A DNA stretch of 64,000 bases, from assembly GCA_037447605.1 (NCBI GenBank), contig CM074809.1, positions 2,532,689-2,596,688 on the forward strand, written 5' to 3'. The notes under the pieces were generated by a model. That model was not told the DNA's origin and did not search any database. It saw only the letters and a program-made list of their open reading frames with translations. Position numbers and translations under genes: made by a program. Position 1 is the stretch's first letter; each line of letters begins with the position of its first letter. Shown here one piece after another: positions 62,001 to 64,000 of this stretch. Source of the DNA: Zygnema circumcarinatum SAG 698-1b (Eukaryota > Plantae > Zygnematophyceae).

Positions 62001-64000
62001 CTAAGGCAATATTTATAGACTAAGGCACTGCTTGCAAGGGGTTCTAGCAATTTTGACTGTGCATACTCCTCTCCGTCAGTGCAAGATCTACATACGCTTC
62101 ATAGTAACTATGCATCTCATGTGTCCCAAACAACCAGAAAAGTTCGTAGAGACAGTAACTTTCTGAAGGTGAAAACATGCCAGTTTTGCACAACCACCAA
62201 TGGCTACATAGCGTCATACATGTCATTTGTATTTTCAACAACAACTCAACAGCAAAATCAGGAATTTCACCTCCATCAAATCGTTGAAATGGCCAGACTG
62301 CCCAAGGAGCTTCTTGTAGACGATAGAAGGAAAGCGGAGGTCCAAAATGTGGCCGTTGTAGGTTGCAAGCGACAATATAGTTCCGATGAGTTCGTAGGAA
62401 GTGATGAGGTCCGGGTCCACCATCCACGATTTGGCGCTGAACCAGCATTGGCGGGTCTCCTCGTCGTACGAAAACATGCCGTACTGCGAAGGGATGGAGG
62501 CAAGCAGAGGGGCAGACTTCAGACACACGCTCTGGAAGGAAGGGAGAATGTGGGTCGGGAAAAGTCGTTAAACCAATTCAGATACTTCCTTCAATGTAAT
62601 TCACATTTAAAGAAGACGAGCCAACAGACACCCAATGGATAGAGTGTGACAAGTCTCCCCGCAAGTATTTTGCAATGTTGTAACTTCTTCATATAAAAAA
62701 GGTGAAATAGGAAAGGAAAAGGTGAAGTGCGTGAAGTGCGTAAGCGGACATATAGGCAGCCAGTCACTTTGTGTGATGTTTTCCAAGAAGCAGACCAACC
62801 AGCTTGTGCCAACCAATAGAGCATCGGACAGAAGAGAACGTTCCTTAAGAAATAAGAGCATTGCAATTTCAGCCTAGGCCAATCTGCAATGTCATTGTAA
62901 TCGAGCATTTCCGAGTTGAGGGATAATTATTCAAGCCACCACATGCGACCGAGGTTAAAGAATGACCATATTGGTGGTACACACATATGACAACGTTTTT
63001 GTTTGGACAGCCGAGGGGAGGAAGTGCGAGATGGCGGAAACCCTCTCGCGTCATTCCCGTATGTGGTAAAAGTGCACCTTTGGGTCGAAAATCTTTCTGA
63101 CAATGAGCTGGAAAAACTCCTTCTGCACGCCCCCTTCATCCACTCCATCTTCTCCTACGAACTGGACCTACACAACAGCTCTTGCGAACGAGAAAGATAA
63201 GTGGAAGACATTGGAATAAGTGCAAAAGCTTCTATCCACTATTGCTGCACCGACAACTCACTTAATAACGCCAATGTGCCCATTTATTCAGAAAGCAGCA
63301 AAATGAGTGTCTCAGCTCAGCACGGGTAGACAAAAATACAAAAAGCTAAAGCATTACGTGCGTGCTCACCACACTTGCAACTGCAAAGAGAGAGGAGCTT
63401 TATGCCTTAAAATGAAAGAAACACAGAGCGGCGTGTGTGAAGGCCAAACCAACTGCTAAGACCGCAAAGAACTGTTGTCAATTGAGCATTGTGGCAGGGA
63501 CGATGAAGGTGAACCGATATCGATCTGAAGATCTCCAAAACATAGTATCACTAAAACACATTTGATTACTAGTCAATCAACTAAAGATTCACGAAGATAT
63601 ACCAAGGAGAAGACTGAGATTCAAGATGCTATGTTGACAAACCTTGAGGGGCTTCAATAGGTCCTCTGGCCGTCTCTGTACCTACAATAGCAACAAATGA
63701 GATGCTATCAATGTCGGGATGCTATCAATATTTAACCTCAACATAATTCAGATCTAAAGAAATACACGCCAGTGTAAGCACTGCCAAAAGGTTGGCGCCT
63801 GACTGGTGAACAGTCCCATATTGAGGCAGCATGTGCGGTTTGCCATCAACAGGAGGCATAAGCTCGCCTTGAGGTTAGGGTAGAGGAAGAAAGCAGCTCA
63901 CTCCAGTTGGGCCACGAAAATATTTCAGCTTCAAAGGCGAAGACCATGTCCAGTCACTGCTCTATTTTACAGGTGTATTCATTCCTATGCACTTTCAAAG
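59008..64000 (-). CDS. HECT E3 ubiquitin ligase, HERC/UBE3A-like HECT domain; 5' part lies outside the window
   Basis: Exons read [13 protein letters not shown]|[100 protein letters not shown] (catalytic Cys), and [11 protein letters not shown] (stop 59008). Confidence 0.93.
59105..59235. repeat. G/A-rich intronic tract (potential G-quadruplex)
   Basis: Multiple G4-G6 runs in the last HECT intron. Confidence 0.7.

Overview
Eukaryotic nuclear DNA with GT-AG introns, most consistent with a streptophyte green alga (inference from ARA6-type Rab, plant Caprin-like, thylakoid-lumen and BRIP-like genes alongside an S66 peptidase and a HERC/UBE3A-type HECT). I cannot name the species. Exons were spliced by hand and many supplied ORFs are antisense or repeat shadows. 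I find about 12 apparently intact genes: a ~13.5 kb gene for a large RING protein carrying a TTC3/DZIP3-like Cys domain, an RRM and a DCD domain; a long-form DGAT2; an 83-aa His/Pro/Gly microprotein; argininosuccinate lyase; an orphan membrane protein; a Caprin-like RGG protein; RabF1/ARA6; a TPM-type thylakoid lumen protein; a UTR5-like nucleotide-sugar transporter; a GLTSCR/BRIP-like protein; an S66 LD-carboxypeptidase; and the 3' part of a HECT E3. Two pseudogenes (VPS2 and MED22) are fused head-to-head, apparently by one deletion. Upstream intergenic DNA carries two repeat families: a composite element with two different ~92-bp-period arrays (one built from overlapping CCAATGG/CCATTGG palindromes) and a fold-back element. 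Best leads: the putative RNA-reading E3 ligase architecture, the palindromic 92-bp promoter-proximal arrays, the His-octarepeat microprotein behind a 10x GTAC cluster, and the VPS2/MED22 co-deletion. Family assignments rest on motifs I recall; no searches were run.
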